A DNA stretch of 62,900 nucleotides, counting the filler, from Octopus bimaculoides (taxonomy: Eukaryota), in the NCBI RefSeq assembly GCF_001194135.2. It is 6 parts of 6 records of this genome, joined end to end, with 100 filler letters (N's around TTAATTAATTAA, not from the genome) between each part and the next. Parts side by side here need not be neighbours in the genome. Positions count along the whole stretch, not along the records: positions 32,828 to 50,447 come from NC_069008.1; 5 more parts are not named here. One strand, given 5' to 3'. A model generated the notes under the pieces. That model was not told the DNA's origin, did not search any database, and worked only from the letters and a program-made list of their open reading frames with translations. Positions 36,369 through 48,650 of the stretch are shown here, piece by piece. Numbering within the stretch: position 1 is the first letter of the stretch; every line of letters begins with the position of its first letter. The position numbers and the translations under genes are program-made.

Positions 36369-38019
36369 CAAAGTACTGTTACTGAATATCTTATGTTGTG
36401 AGATTTAAAAAATTGTAATTTATACTCATGTAAAAGCTGAATTTTTTAGACCATTTTTTAAGGTCAAATTTATGGGGCTGACTATTNNNNNNNNNNCCAG
36501 GAGACATCATCTCCAGCTGGCTATACGACACGATCTGTGTCCTTATATTTTGCAGCCAGCTGGAGACGATGTCTCCTGGGGCTAAATTACAGCAACATTC
36601 GTCCTAAACCAGGACTGCCATGTTATGTTGGCAAACAACCTTTACTACAAAGTACTGTTACTGAATATCTTATGTTGTGAGATTTAAAAAATTGTAATTT
36701 ATACTCATGTAAAAGCTGAATTTTTTAGACCATTTTTTAAGGTCAAATTTATGGGGCTGACTATTACAGGGTTACTATTTTCGAGGAGCAGAAATTCAAG
36801 CTAGAATCCAAAGTACCGTATCAGCAACAGAAACCCAACTGATCTCTAAGTGAATAAAAACAAAAACACAATGAATTACAGAAATGTTACCTATTGTATG
36901 CATTGATCTAGCGATTAACTAAATGTTTTTAGGATTACCGGAATCATGCCTCTGTACGAATTCATACAGTGGTGTTTGCTGTTGTTCGCCGATAGTGTTG
37001 CCAGTGAAACATGTTTCTCACCATTTAAACAATGAGTATATGGGTGCATGTGTTTATTGTGCTTGAAGATGTGTGCAGGTCTGCGGCCTATCCTGTGCAC
37101 ACATGTGCATAAGGTAGAAAGCTGGCAGAATCATTAGCACGCCGCCCAGAATGCTTAGCGGTATTTTAGCTGTTATTGTGTTCTGAGTTCTAATTCCACC
37201 AAGAGAATATATATATATATATATATTGGAGCCTGGTGTTGCCATCCGGTTTCACCAGTCCTCAGTCAAATCGTCCAACCCATGCTAGCATGGAAAGCGG
37301 ACGTTAAACGATGATGATGATGATGATGATATATATCATCATCTTCATCATCATCATCATCATTTAACGTCTGNNNNNNNNNNNNNNNNNNNNNNNNNNN
37401 NNNNNNNNNNNNNNNNNNNNNNNNNNNNNNNNNNNNNNNNNNNNNNNNNNNNNNNNNNNNNNNNNNNNNNNNNNNNNNNNNNNNNNNNNNNNNNNNNNNN
37501 NNNNNNNNNNNNNNNNNNNNNNNNNNNNNNNNNNNNNNNNNNNNNNNNNNNNNNNNNNNNNNNNNNNNNNNNNNNNNNNNNNNNNNNNNNNNNNNNNNNN
37601 NNNNNNNNNNNNNNNNNNNNNNNNNNNNNNNNNNNNNNNNNNNNNNNNNNNNNNNNNNNNNNNNNNNNNNNNNNNNNNNNNNNNNNNNNNNNNNNNNNNN
37701 NNNNNNNNNNNNNNNNNNNNNNNNNNNNNNNNNNNNNNNNNNNNNNNNNNNNNNNNNNNNNNNNNNNNNNNNNNNNNNNNNNNNNNNNNNNNNNNNNNNN
37801 NNNNNNNNNNNNNNNNNNNNNNNNNNNNNNNNNNNNNNNNNNNNNNNNNNNNNNNNNNNNNNNNNNNNNNNNNNNNNNNNNNNNNNNNNNNNNNNNNNNN
37901 NNNNNNNNNNNNNNNNNNNNNNNNNNNNNGGGAGACTATACAAATAATAACAACAGACGAGGACAGGTGGTGTAAATAACAAAAGTATATATTAGTATGA
38001 CGCTCGGGAATACGGAAAG

Positions 38020-38056
38020 TCTTTGACGTTTCGAGCTACGCTCTTCAACAGAAAGA
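38020..38056 (-). ncRNA. Minimal type I hammerhead-like motif with CUGUUGA core (second copy)
   Basis: Minus strand: tcttt-CTGTTGA-a-gagc(gta)gctc-GAA-acgt-C-aaaga; 5-bp stem I, GUC site. Confidence 0.6.
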
Positions 38057-38794
38057 ATACGGAGACAAGGAGAAAAACACGGAGAAAAAAAATTGAATAG
38101 TGTTCAGTCAACGGTCAAATATATATATATAGTTGATCAGTGAGGTGGAGATTTAATATGCTAGAAATAGATCACATGTTGTGTCTACTAAGACCTAGTA
38201 GTTCTCAAAAGAACGTTCATTTTCCACTCTGGCATACTAAGTATTATATGTAAATATGTGTGTGCATATATATATGTATATACACACACACAAATATATA
38301 TATGTGTGTGTGTGTGTGTGTGTATACATATCTATCTGAGTGTATATGTTCATTTGCATGTGTGTGTCTGTATGCACAATGATTATCTATCAAATTTCGA
38401 TATAAACAGGTTCTTCTTCGGCAAGTTGTATCAGCAACAGTACAACTACAGGTACCGCCATTATCACGTACAAAGGTACCTCTGTTCCACCCATGACCAA
38501 CACAAACAGTCCTCTGTGTAAATATATGCATTAATACAGGGAATTGGATTTCTTTGAGAAGTGGGTGGTGATTGTTTGTCCTAGTTCATTCAGTATGTAT
38601 TTATATCTTGTTTCTGCATATATATAACCCTCTCGTTTCTCTCTCTTTCTCTCTGACTCTTTCTGTCTGTCTGTCTGTCTGTCTCTCTCTATTCCGCCAA
38701 CCATTAACATTACCATTATCACTATCACCATCTCTAATATCAAAACTGCTCTTCATGAAAAGCAGCTAAATCTCCCTCATATTACACCCTAATT

Positions 38795-38985
38795 CATCAT
38801 CATCATCATTTAACGTCCGTTGTCCTTGCTGGCATAGTTCGGACGGTTTGACCAGAGGTGGCAAGCCGGAGAGCTGCACCAGGTCCCAGTCTGATCAGGC
38901 ATGGCTTCTACAGCTGGATGCCCTTCCTAACGCCAACCACTTTGCTGTGTGTGCTGGGTACTTTTACGTGGTACTGCACTGGCAC
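38795..38985 (-). mobile_element. SINE/LINE 3' end with RTE-type tail ending in (TGA)n
   Basis: catcatcatttaacgtcc..cagctggatgcccttcctaacgccaaccac; other copies at ~37205-37373, 40585-40790 and 48705-48945. Confidence 0.75.
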
Positions 38986-39400
38986 TTTTACATGGCACTC
39001 CATAGGCACTTTTATGTGACACCATATACGAGCATTTTTATGTGGCACTGCACAGGTACTTTTACATGGCACTCCATGGGCACTTTTACATGACACCATA
39101 CGAGCACTTTTATGTGACACTGCACAGATACTTCTACATGGCACTCCATGGGAACTTTTAGGTGACACCATACGAGCACTTTTATGTGGCACTGCACAGG
39201 TATTTTTACATGGCAACACATGGGCGTACTTTACATTGAACTGCACAGGAACTTTCATGTGGCACTGCATGGGCACTTTTCCATGTCACCACACAGGTGT
39301 CTTTACATGGTGCTGCATGGGTGCTTTTACATTGGGTCACATGGATGCTTTTATGTGGCACTGCATGTGAATTTTACATAGCACTGTCACAAGTGCTTTA
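38960..39400. repeat. 24-bp minisatellite with a 72-bp (trimer) higher-order repeat
   Basis: Units like cacttttacatggcactccatggg; tgcacag recurs at 39049, 39121 and 39193. Confidence 0.9.
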
Positions 39401-39542
39401 TATCATCAATATATGATATATAAATGTGTGTGTGTGTGTGTGTGTGTGTGAGAGCGAGAGAGATACAGACAGAGTAATATAAGATATGGACTCAGAGAAT
39501 CATGAGACTTTCAGAGTCAGCTTCTCTTACAGTCTTACAATG

Positions 39543-40219
39543 CAGGGCTGTGGAGTCGAAGCCAAAAAACTCCGACTCCGACTCCTCTTCTATTGGCACC
39601 TCCTGCTCTGATTCCAACTCCGACTCTGGCTCCTCTTTATGTAATCAAGTAATTGTGGTCTACATATCTCATAAAGCATACGCTTGTACTTTGAGCAGGC
39701 CCCTGGGTTATAACTGGTTTATATTGCTGTTGGCCCTCCATCGCTTACGACGTCGAGGGTTCCAGTTGATCCGATCAACGGAACAGCCTGCTCGTGAAAT
39801 TAACGTGCAAGTGGCTGAGCACTCCACAGACACGTGTACCCTTAACGTAGTTCTCAAGGATTTTCAGCGTGACACAGAGTGTGACAAGGCTAACCCTTTG
39901 AATTACAGGCACAACAGAAACAGGAAGTAAAAGTGAGAGAAAGTTGTGGTGGAAGAGTACAGCAGGGTTCGCCACCATCCCCTGCCGGTGCCTCGTGGAG
40001 CTTTTAGGTGTTTTCGCTCAATAAACACTCACAACGCCCGGTCTGGGAATCGAAACTGCGATCCTATGACCACGAGTCCGCTGCCCTAACCACTGGGCCA
40101 TTGCGCCTCCACGGTTTATATCAAAGAATAAAGATATCGTGAGCCGGAATCAGAGTCGGTATAGTTTTACTGACTCCGACTCCACCTACCCCTTAATTGT
40201 TTCCGACTCCACAGCCCTG
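39543..40219. mobile_element. hAT-type MITE with (gactcc)n subterminal repeats, interrupted by a SINE
   Basis: TIRs cagggctgtggagtcg / cgactccacagccctg; degenerate 8-bp TSD ttacaatg / ctacagtg. Confidence 0.8.
39735..40112 (-). mobile_element. tRNA-derived SINE family C inserted in the MITE
   Basis: Minus-strand head ggcgcaatggcccagtggttagggcagcggactc..gtttcgattccc; tail ..ccctcgacgtcgtaagcga, also at ~32170-32205. Confidence 0.8.
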
Positions 40220-41020
40220 CTACAGTGACCATTTGTTTGGCTCCTGTAAAGAGCCTAGCAGTATAGACAATTTATCAACCTCAGATGTTGTGAGGTATTT
40301 TTAGAGAAGAAAATAAAACAGCAAAAAATTTTCACGAAAAATACAAATTAAACAATTGGCAAAAAATGCCCGTTGGTCTGCCATAACATGATCAATGACA
40401 ACAGCAAATAGATACGTCATGGCTAAGCAATAATAAAACCAAACATATAGAAGAGCAGCTGGAAACAGTAACAATAGCCTTACGTACAGGACAGATCCAA
40501 AGGTAGGATGGAACAGTGAGGGGAGTGTTGTGATATATGGAGAACAGTGATCTTAGAAGACTGCCACACGCATACACATATATTATCATCATTTAGAGTG
40601 CATTTTCCATGCTGGCATGGGTTGGACGGTTTGACTGAAAGCTGGTAAGCTTGTGAGCTGCACCAGGTTCCGATCTGATTTGGTAAGGTTTCTACAGCTG
40701 AATGCCCTTCCTGACGCCAACCACTCCAAGAGTGAAGTGGGTGCTTTTTACGTGCCAGTTACGAAACACTGGCATCAGCCGTGACTATGATCTGACATTT
40801 TTTATCTTTTACTCATTTCAGCCATTAAACTGCAGCCATGCTGGGGCACTGCCTTGCAGAATTTTTTTTTTTTTTAGTCAAATGAATTGAACCCAGAATT
40901 TATTTTTTAAAAACCCAGTACTTATTTTGTCAGGCCCTTTTGCCAAACCACTAAGTTACAAGGACATAAACACACCTTCCCCAGTTGTCAAACAGTAATG
41001 AGAAACATAGACACACATTC

Positions 41021-41066
<46 letters not shown>

Positions 41067-41473
41067 NNNNNNNNNNNNNNNNNNNNNNNNNNNNNNNNNN
41101 NNNNNNNNNNNNNNNNNNNNNNNNNNNNNNNNNNNNNNNNNNNNNNNNNNNNNNNNNNNNNNNNNNNNNNNNNNNNNNNNNNNNNNNNNNNNNNNNNNNN
41201 TACATACACATACACAACAGGCTTCTTTCAGCTTCTGTTTACCAAATCCAATTGCAAGACTTTGGCTGGTCTGAGGCTATAGTAGGGAGACACTTGTCCA
41301 AGGTGCCATGCAGTGGGACTGAACCCGGAAACATGTGGTTGGGAAGCAAGCTTCTTACCACACAGGTGAGCTGGCAGAATTGTTAGCACGCCGGGTGAAA
41401 TGCTTAGTGTCTGCTGTTATGTTCTGAGTTCACATTCCACCGAGGTCGACTTTGCCTTTCATCCTTTTGGGGT

Positions 41474-41504
<31 letters not shown>

Positions 41505-42028
41505 GCATGCATGTGTGTGTGTAATGTAAAGAAATAGGGATTTGGAATCTGGTAAGGTACCTTAATAGCACTCTGATATAATCCAGATCTGACCAACCAT
41601 ATTGAATGAAAGACGTTCAGAATTGTGTTTTCTCAAGAATACAATGCATCATTCAGTCTAAGAATTGAAACCACAATCTTATGATCATGAATCCAACACC
41701 TTACCTACTAAACCACATACCTCCATACACACACACACACACACACGATAGGTTTTTTTTTTCAGTTTTTGTGTACCAAATCCACCCAAAGACATTATTG
41801 AGAAAACATTTTGCCCAAGGTGCCATGCAGTGGGACTGAACCTGGAATCTCACGGTTGGGGTGCAAACTCCTTTACTGCACACACTCACACCTACACAAT
41901 TCAAAGACCCCATTTTAAAGTATTTGTAATCCAGGCATGTTTTTGTTTTACTCTTGTTGCTTTTTTTAAAAAAATTTCTTTTTCTTTCTACTGTGTCTCA
42001 CTCCGTCTATCTCTTTAATTCTTTCTAG

Positions 42029-42354
42029 GTGGAACAGTTAAAACGAGAAAACAAATTATGGTCAAACGATGCCTTAGTCCTCCGCGAATTCCTACTGGTA
42101 CCGGTGACCAAAGAGAACTCCAAATGCGTGCCCGCTGGCTCCGAGATTGTTCGAGCTGCCACCCTGAAGTCCGATACAGACTCTGTCCGAACGGCTAGCA
42201 ATAGCAGCAGTAACGGTCCTTGTGAAGACTGCGACAGCGAAAGGGTGTCCAGTACGAGTGCGCCGGATTTATCGGCCAAAGACTTTCTAAACAAATATGA
42301 TTCCAGCATTGCACAGCTCAAGTCAAATGTGCAAAGAATGGAAGAAAGTACTAG
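42029..42354 (+). CDS. LYSMD2: Internal coding exon of a LysM and putative peptidoglycan-binding domain protein (LYSMD1/2-like)
   Basis: Polypyrimidine tract + tag|GTG acceptor and AG|gtaagc donor. VEQLKRENKLWSNDALVLREFLLVPV matches LYSMD1/2 (T)MEQIKRANKLFTNDCIFLKKTLNIPV; LSAKDFL matches the conserved C-terminal motif. LYSMD1 vs LYSMD2 cannot be resolved. Confidence 0.9.
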
Positions 42355-42544
42355 GTAAGCTCTCTAAAACTCCCAAAGAATACTTTCAAAGCAACCCCGA
42401 TCCTCTATCCCTTCTTCTTGTCTTCTTTCTTTTGGTTTCGGTCATTATCTTTCGCTGGTGAATTCTTTTCGTTTCTTGTGGTACTTCATAAAATGTGGTA
42501 CTTTTTTTTCTTAAGGTACTTCATAAAATGCCTTGTAGTATTTA

Positions 42545-43640
<1,096 letters not shown>

Positions 43641-43699
43641 TCCTAAAGAACTGATGTTTCAGAAACCCAAAAGAAACATCCATGTACGTTAGTTTGGGA

Positions 43700-45690
43700 C
43701 TGCGGGGATCAGGGATCAATTCCTTTGATTATCCTAAAGAACTCATTATTAACCCTTTAGCATTCAGACTAATCTGTCAAATTTAATACTTATTCAAATT
43801 CTTTCGACTTTATTATGTATTATCTCACAGCTTTCAGATTTCATTGATGTGATTGTATGTTCTTAGACTGACATTGTAGGGTAGGTGTAAGAGGTCAGAT
43901 CTTGACAGTTTGAACGTAAAACAGGAAAGACATTTTGGGCCAATGCTGTTGAGTTAAATCTTTATCTCCAATCCCCAGATTCCATCATCACACCCACCTC
44001 TTGATTTTTGAATTTTCAAAAAGCCAAAAAAAAAAAAACACATCTCTGCTGGTTTGGGATTGTGGGACAACTTTACTTTGGCTATCGTAAAGAACTGATT
44101 ATTAAACCTTCATCTCCAACCCTCAAATTCCATCAAAACCCCATCAATCAATTTTTGAGTTTTCAGAAACTCAAAAGAATTTTCCCTCCTTGTTGTTTTA
44201 GAACTGTGGGATCAATTCCTTTGATTATCCTAAAGAACTCATTATTAACCCTTTAGCATTCACACTATTCCATCAAATATAATGCTTATTCATTCATATT
44301 GTTCAGAATTTATCATGCATTATCTCACATCTTTCAGATTTCATGTTTTTAGATTGACATTGTAGGGTAGGTGTAATAGGTCAGATCTTGACAGTTTGAA
44401 CGTAAAACAGTTTGGGCCAGATGTGACCAGTTTAAATGCTAANNNNNNNNNNNNNNNNNNNNNNNNNNNNNNNNNNNNNNNNNNNNNNNNNNNNNNNNNN
44501 NNNNNNNNNNNNNNNNNNNNNNNNNNNNNNNNNNNNNNNNNNNNNNNNNNNNNNNNNNNNNNNNNNNNNNNNNNNNNNNNNNNNNNNNNNNNNNNNNNNN
44601 NNNNNNNNNNNNNNNNNNNNNNNNNNNNNNNNNNNNNNNNNNNNNNNNNNNNNNNNNNNNNNNNNNNNNNNNNNNNNNNNNNNNNNNNNNNNNNNNNCCT
44701 CCTTCTTGTTTTGGGACTGAGATGTGTTCCATTGATTATCCTAAAGAACTTGTTATCTCCAATCTTTATCTCCAATCCTCAGATTCCATCAACACCCCCC
44801 ACCTCTTGATTTTTGAATTTTCAAAAAGCCAAAAAAAGAACACACACTCCTACATGTTGTTTTCAGTCTGTGGGACAACCTTCCTTTGATTATTCTACAG
44901 AACTAATTACCAATCCTCCAGCATTTAGATTACTCTGTCAAATGTAATACTTATTTATTCACATTGTTTTGAATTAATCATGCATGACCTCATGGCTTTG
45001 ATATTTAAATCCTGTGATTGCTTATTGTTAGAATGACATTATAGGGTAAATGTGAGGGACAGGATATCAGGATCTCAAGATCTGGGTGGTTTGAACACAA
45101 AACAGACCGAATATTTAAACTAGATATGGCTGGTTTAACCCTAAAGCATTCAGATTACTCTATCAAATGTACTGGAAAAAGCCATATATATTTGCAAAGA
45201 AATATCTTTCGCATCGAAGGTCGGCGATTGTTGTACGCTGAGGATGGGAAAATACCCAGAAACTCGAGTCCGTACGTATCGCAGATCAAGATGGGAAAGA
45301 TAACTTCCCTTTGCAAATATAGACAGGACACAGATGTGTGTCGATAGCCAGCTGGAGGAGATGTTCTCCTGGGGCTAAAAGCAACAGTAACATCCACCCT
45401 TAGGGGTCAGCCACATTTAAGTGGCAAATATACTTCACTTTATCCATATTGTTTTGAATTAATCCTGCATCATCTTGCATCTTCGAGATTTCAATGATGT
45501 AATTGTTTCTTTTTACTATGACATTGTAGAGTAGGTGCAAGATGTTAGAAAGGGTCAGTTTGAACATAACAGAGGCAGAATATTTTGACCGGATATGGTC
45601 GGATTGAATGCTAAAGGGATAAATGCTACAGGGTTTAAACCTTCATCTCTATTCCTCAAATTCCATCAAAAATTCCATCTCTTGNNNNNN
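43700..45690 (+). repeat. Tandem composite array containing TTAA-CCCTTTAGCATT MITE copies and shared spacer segments
   Basis: gggatcaattcctttgattatcctaaagaactcattattaaccctttagcattca at ~43712 and ~44207; ctccaatcc..cacctcttgatttttgaattttcaaaaagcc at ~43966 and ~44770; MITE end ttgaatgctaaagggataa at ~45604. Confidence 0.75.
45187..45321 (+). ncRNA. Type I hammerhead ribozyme with canonical core capping a long rod-like stem I
   Basis: tgtacg-CTGAGGA(45238-44)-tggg(aaaata)ccca-GAA(45259-61)-actcgagt-C(45270)-cgtacg; stem I continues gcgat/atcgc, ggtc/gatc, catc/gatg, tatctttc/gaaagata, tatatttgcaaag/ctttgcaaatata. Confidence 0.85.
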
Positions 45691-46598
45691 NNNNNNNNNN
45701 NNNNNNNNNNNNNNNNNNNNNNNNNNNNNNNNNNNNNNNNNNNNNNNNNNNNNNNNNNNNNNNNNNNNNNNNNNNNNNNNNNNNATATGTCTATATATGT
45801 ATGTGTGTAATGTGTGTGTGTGTATGTGCTTGTGTGTGTGTATGTGCTTGTGCGTGTGTATGTGCTTGTGTGTGTGTGTGTATGTGTGCTTGTGTGTGTG
45901 TGTGTGTGTAATGTATGGAAGAGAATGTGGAGGGTGTGCATGGTATGTGGTTGTGTATATAAAGGACTGTATATGCAGGGGTGCTGCAAGGGTCTTGGCT
46001 TTAAGGGTATCACGAAAGGCCCTGGTTGAAGGCTCAACCTTCCGAGTTCTTTTACAGGGCTTAGAAAAGCTGAAGGACCTCTGCAAGTGAGTGTGTGGAT
46101 CTGAGAGGGGAACATGTTGAATAAAAGCATAACTGACTGATCTTCCTAATCCCCTCCTGTGTGTGTGTGTAACCATCTTTATCATAACCAATGAGATCCC
46201 AGTTGTATGGTGTATTATAACCAATGAGATCCCAGTTGTATGGTGTATGACACTGTGTATACAGGGCTATGTGTGTGTGTGTCTATAAGATGTGTGGTGG
46301 TGTATGTAGAGAACTATATGTGGTGTGTATANNNNNNNNNNNNNNNNNNNNNNNNNNNNNNNNNNNNNNNNNNNNNNNNNNNNNNNNNNNNNNNNNNNNN
46401 NNNNNNNNNNNNNNNNNNNNNNNNNNNNNNNNNNNNNNNNNNNNNNNNNNNNNNNNNNNNNNNNNNNNNNNNNNNNNNNNNNNNNNNNNNNNNNNNNNNN
46501 NNNNNNNNNNNNNNNNNNNNNNNNNNNNNNNNNNNNNNNNNNNNNNNNNNNNNNNNNNNNNNNNNNNNNNNNNNNNNNNNNNNNNNNNNNNNNNNNNG

Positions 46599-46790
46599 AG
46601 TGTATAACAGTCTATATGTGGTGGGTGTATATAGCAGTCTATATATGGTGAGTGTATAACAGTCTATACGTGGTGGGCGTATATAGCAGTCTATATGTGG
46701 TGAGTGTATAACAGTCTATATGTGGTGGGCGTATATAGCAGTCTATATGTGGTGAGTGTATATATCAGCTTATATGTGGTTGGTGTATAT
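46599..46790. repeat. 52-bp dimeric (25+27) minisatellite
   Basis: agtgtataacagtctatatgtggtg alternates with ggcgtatatagcagtctatatgtggtg about three times. Confidence 0.85.
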
Positions 46791-47096
46791 AGAAGACTGT
46801 GGTGTCTATGATAGTGTATATACAGGGTTGTTTGTGGTGTATATAAGATATATAATGGTATATGATAGTGTGTGTATATAGACGACTATGTGGTGTGCGT
46901 AAGATGTATAATGGTATATGTAAGTGTGTGTATATATAGAAGTCTATATGTAATGGGTGTATATAGAGAACTATGTGGTGTGTGTAAGATGTATAATGGT
47001 ATATGTTAGTGTGTGTGTATATATATATATACATATATATATATAAATTTCTATCTGATTGGTGTATATAAAGGATTATGCGTTGTGTATGGTTGT

Positions 47097-48078
47097 TAAC
47101 AAGGTGCATTTAAAAATTATCCAACTTTTTTTTTTATTTTCCTGCCAAAACTAATGCCATATAGGTAAAATCCCTTGGGTGAGAAGTAGCATCACCCTTC
47201 CTGTACGTGCGTGAAAATTTTCGTGCTGGTAGGCCGCATCAGTTTCCTGGCTGTTATGCCTAGAGGTCGGACATGTAGTATACACACACACACACTCACC
47301 AGATTTTCGTTTTCATCCAAGATGACTGAACACATCAAGCAGAGATCAGAGACCCATCTCTCATCACTTGTGATGATGGTTTCATAAAACTGGGTCATGG
47401 TTTGCACAGTCCAGCATGTTCTGAATGATTTCCGTTGAGCACTTTGGGGATGATTTTTACCGACCCTCTCCATATGCACAAATCCTTCGCTAAAATGGAA
47501 CACACTGATTTTTTGCTTGTTACCACTTTGTGAGCAATTTCCTGGGTTGCTGCTACACAGCGGCCTTCCATGAGTATTTACTGACCCGTCTCAATCAGCT
47601 TTTTGTTTCAGCTTGTGGATGGTCTTCTTGAGCCTGCACTGAGCAGAGATACTGCATCAAGTTTTGCCAAAAGCTTGGTGATACTCAAGCTCAAATGATC
47701 CTTAAGATTCAGCAAGAAGTCTTTGGCGATGATGCCATGGGCAAAATTCAGATCAAGGAATGATGCAACGTCTTCAAACATGGTTGCACCTCGGTGAAGA
47801 ACACTGCACGGTCAAGCTGGCCATCGACAAACTGAGACAAGGAGCTGCTTGGGACGGTTTGGTGAACAATCATGGAAGACTGTCGTGTAACAACACAGGA
47901 AATTGCCCACAAAGTGGGAATAAACAGAGATCGGTGTGTTCAGTTTTTTTAATGGAGGAATTGTACATATGGAGAGTGTTGGTGAAATTTCTCCCCAAGG
48001 TGCTGGCTGAGCAACAGAAGCATCTCTGCAATGGAAACCACTCGGGGGCATTCTGGACTGTGCAAACCACAACCCATG
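47097..48078 (+). mobile_element. Rearranged mariner transposon remnant
   Basis: MTEHIKQR at 47322; EQRYCIKFCQKLGDTQAQM..VFGDDAMG from 47641; KFLPKVLAEQQK at ~47985; inverted segment 47347-47640 carries IITSDERWV (first D of the DD34D triad). Confidence 0.85.
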
Positions 48079-48080
48079 AT

Positions 48081-48650
48081 CATAAGACTGTGGTTTCGAT
48101 TCCTGGACCGGACGATGCATAGTGTTCTTGAACAAGAAACTTCATTTCACAATCCTCCAGTCCACTCGGGTGGCAAAAGGTGAGTAATCCCGCAAAGGAC
48201 AAGCATCCTGTTCAGTTGGGAAATATATATCCTATGGAAACCAGAAAACCGGCCCTTAGGAGTCAGTATGACTCGTGGAGGTTACTCTACCTTTTCCCTA
48301 GTGGTTAGGGTGTTGGACTCATGAGTGTAAGATTATTGTTTTGAGTCCTAGACTGGGTGATACATTATGTTCTTCAGCAAGACACTTCATTTCACATTGC
48401 TCCAGTCCACTCAGCTGACAAAAATGAGTAACTCTGAGATGGACCGGCGTCCCATCCAGGTGGGAAATATATACGCCATGGGAATTGGGAAACTGGCCCC
48501 TATAAGTCTGTATGACTTGGAAAGGAACTTTAACTTAGTAGTTAGGGTGTTGGATCCATGATTGTAAGATTGTGGTTTCGATTCCTGGACCGGGCGACGC
48601 ATTGTCCTTGGGCAAAACACCTCATTTCACATTGCTCCAGGCCACTCAGT
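48081..48650 (+). mobile_element. Head-to-tail trimer of SINE family D (~237-bp period)
   Basis: gttagggtgttgga at 48304 and 48541; an upstream 5'-truncated unit starts at ~48081. Confidence 0.8.

Noticed and set aside
36498-36764. Exact ~270-bp direct duplicate of 36220-36486
   Set aside because: Identical sequence either side of a 10-N gap indicates unmerged contig overlap.
38908-39381. Cys/His-rich ORFs and a CRISPR-like look in the 24-bp array
   Set aside because: Units are contiguous with no unique spacers, there are no cas genes, the genome is eukaryotic, and the ORFs simply reflect a 24-bp period.
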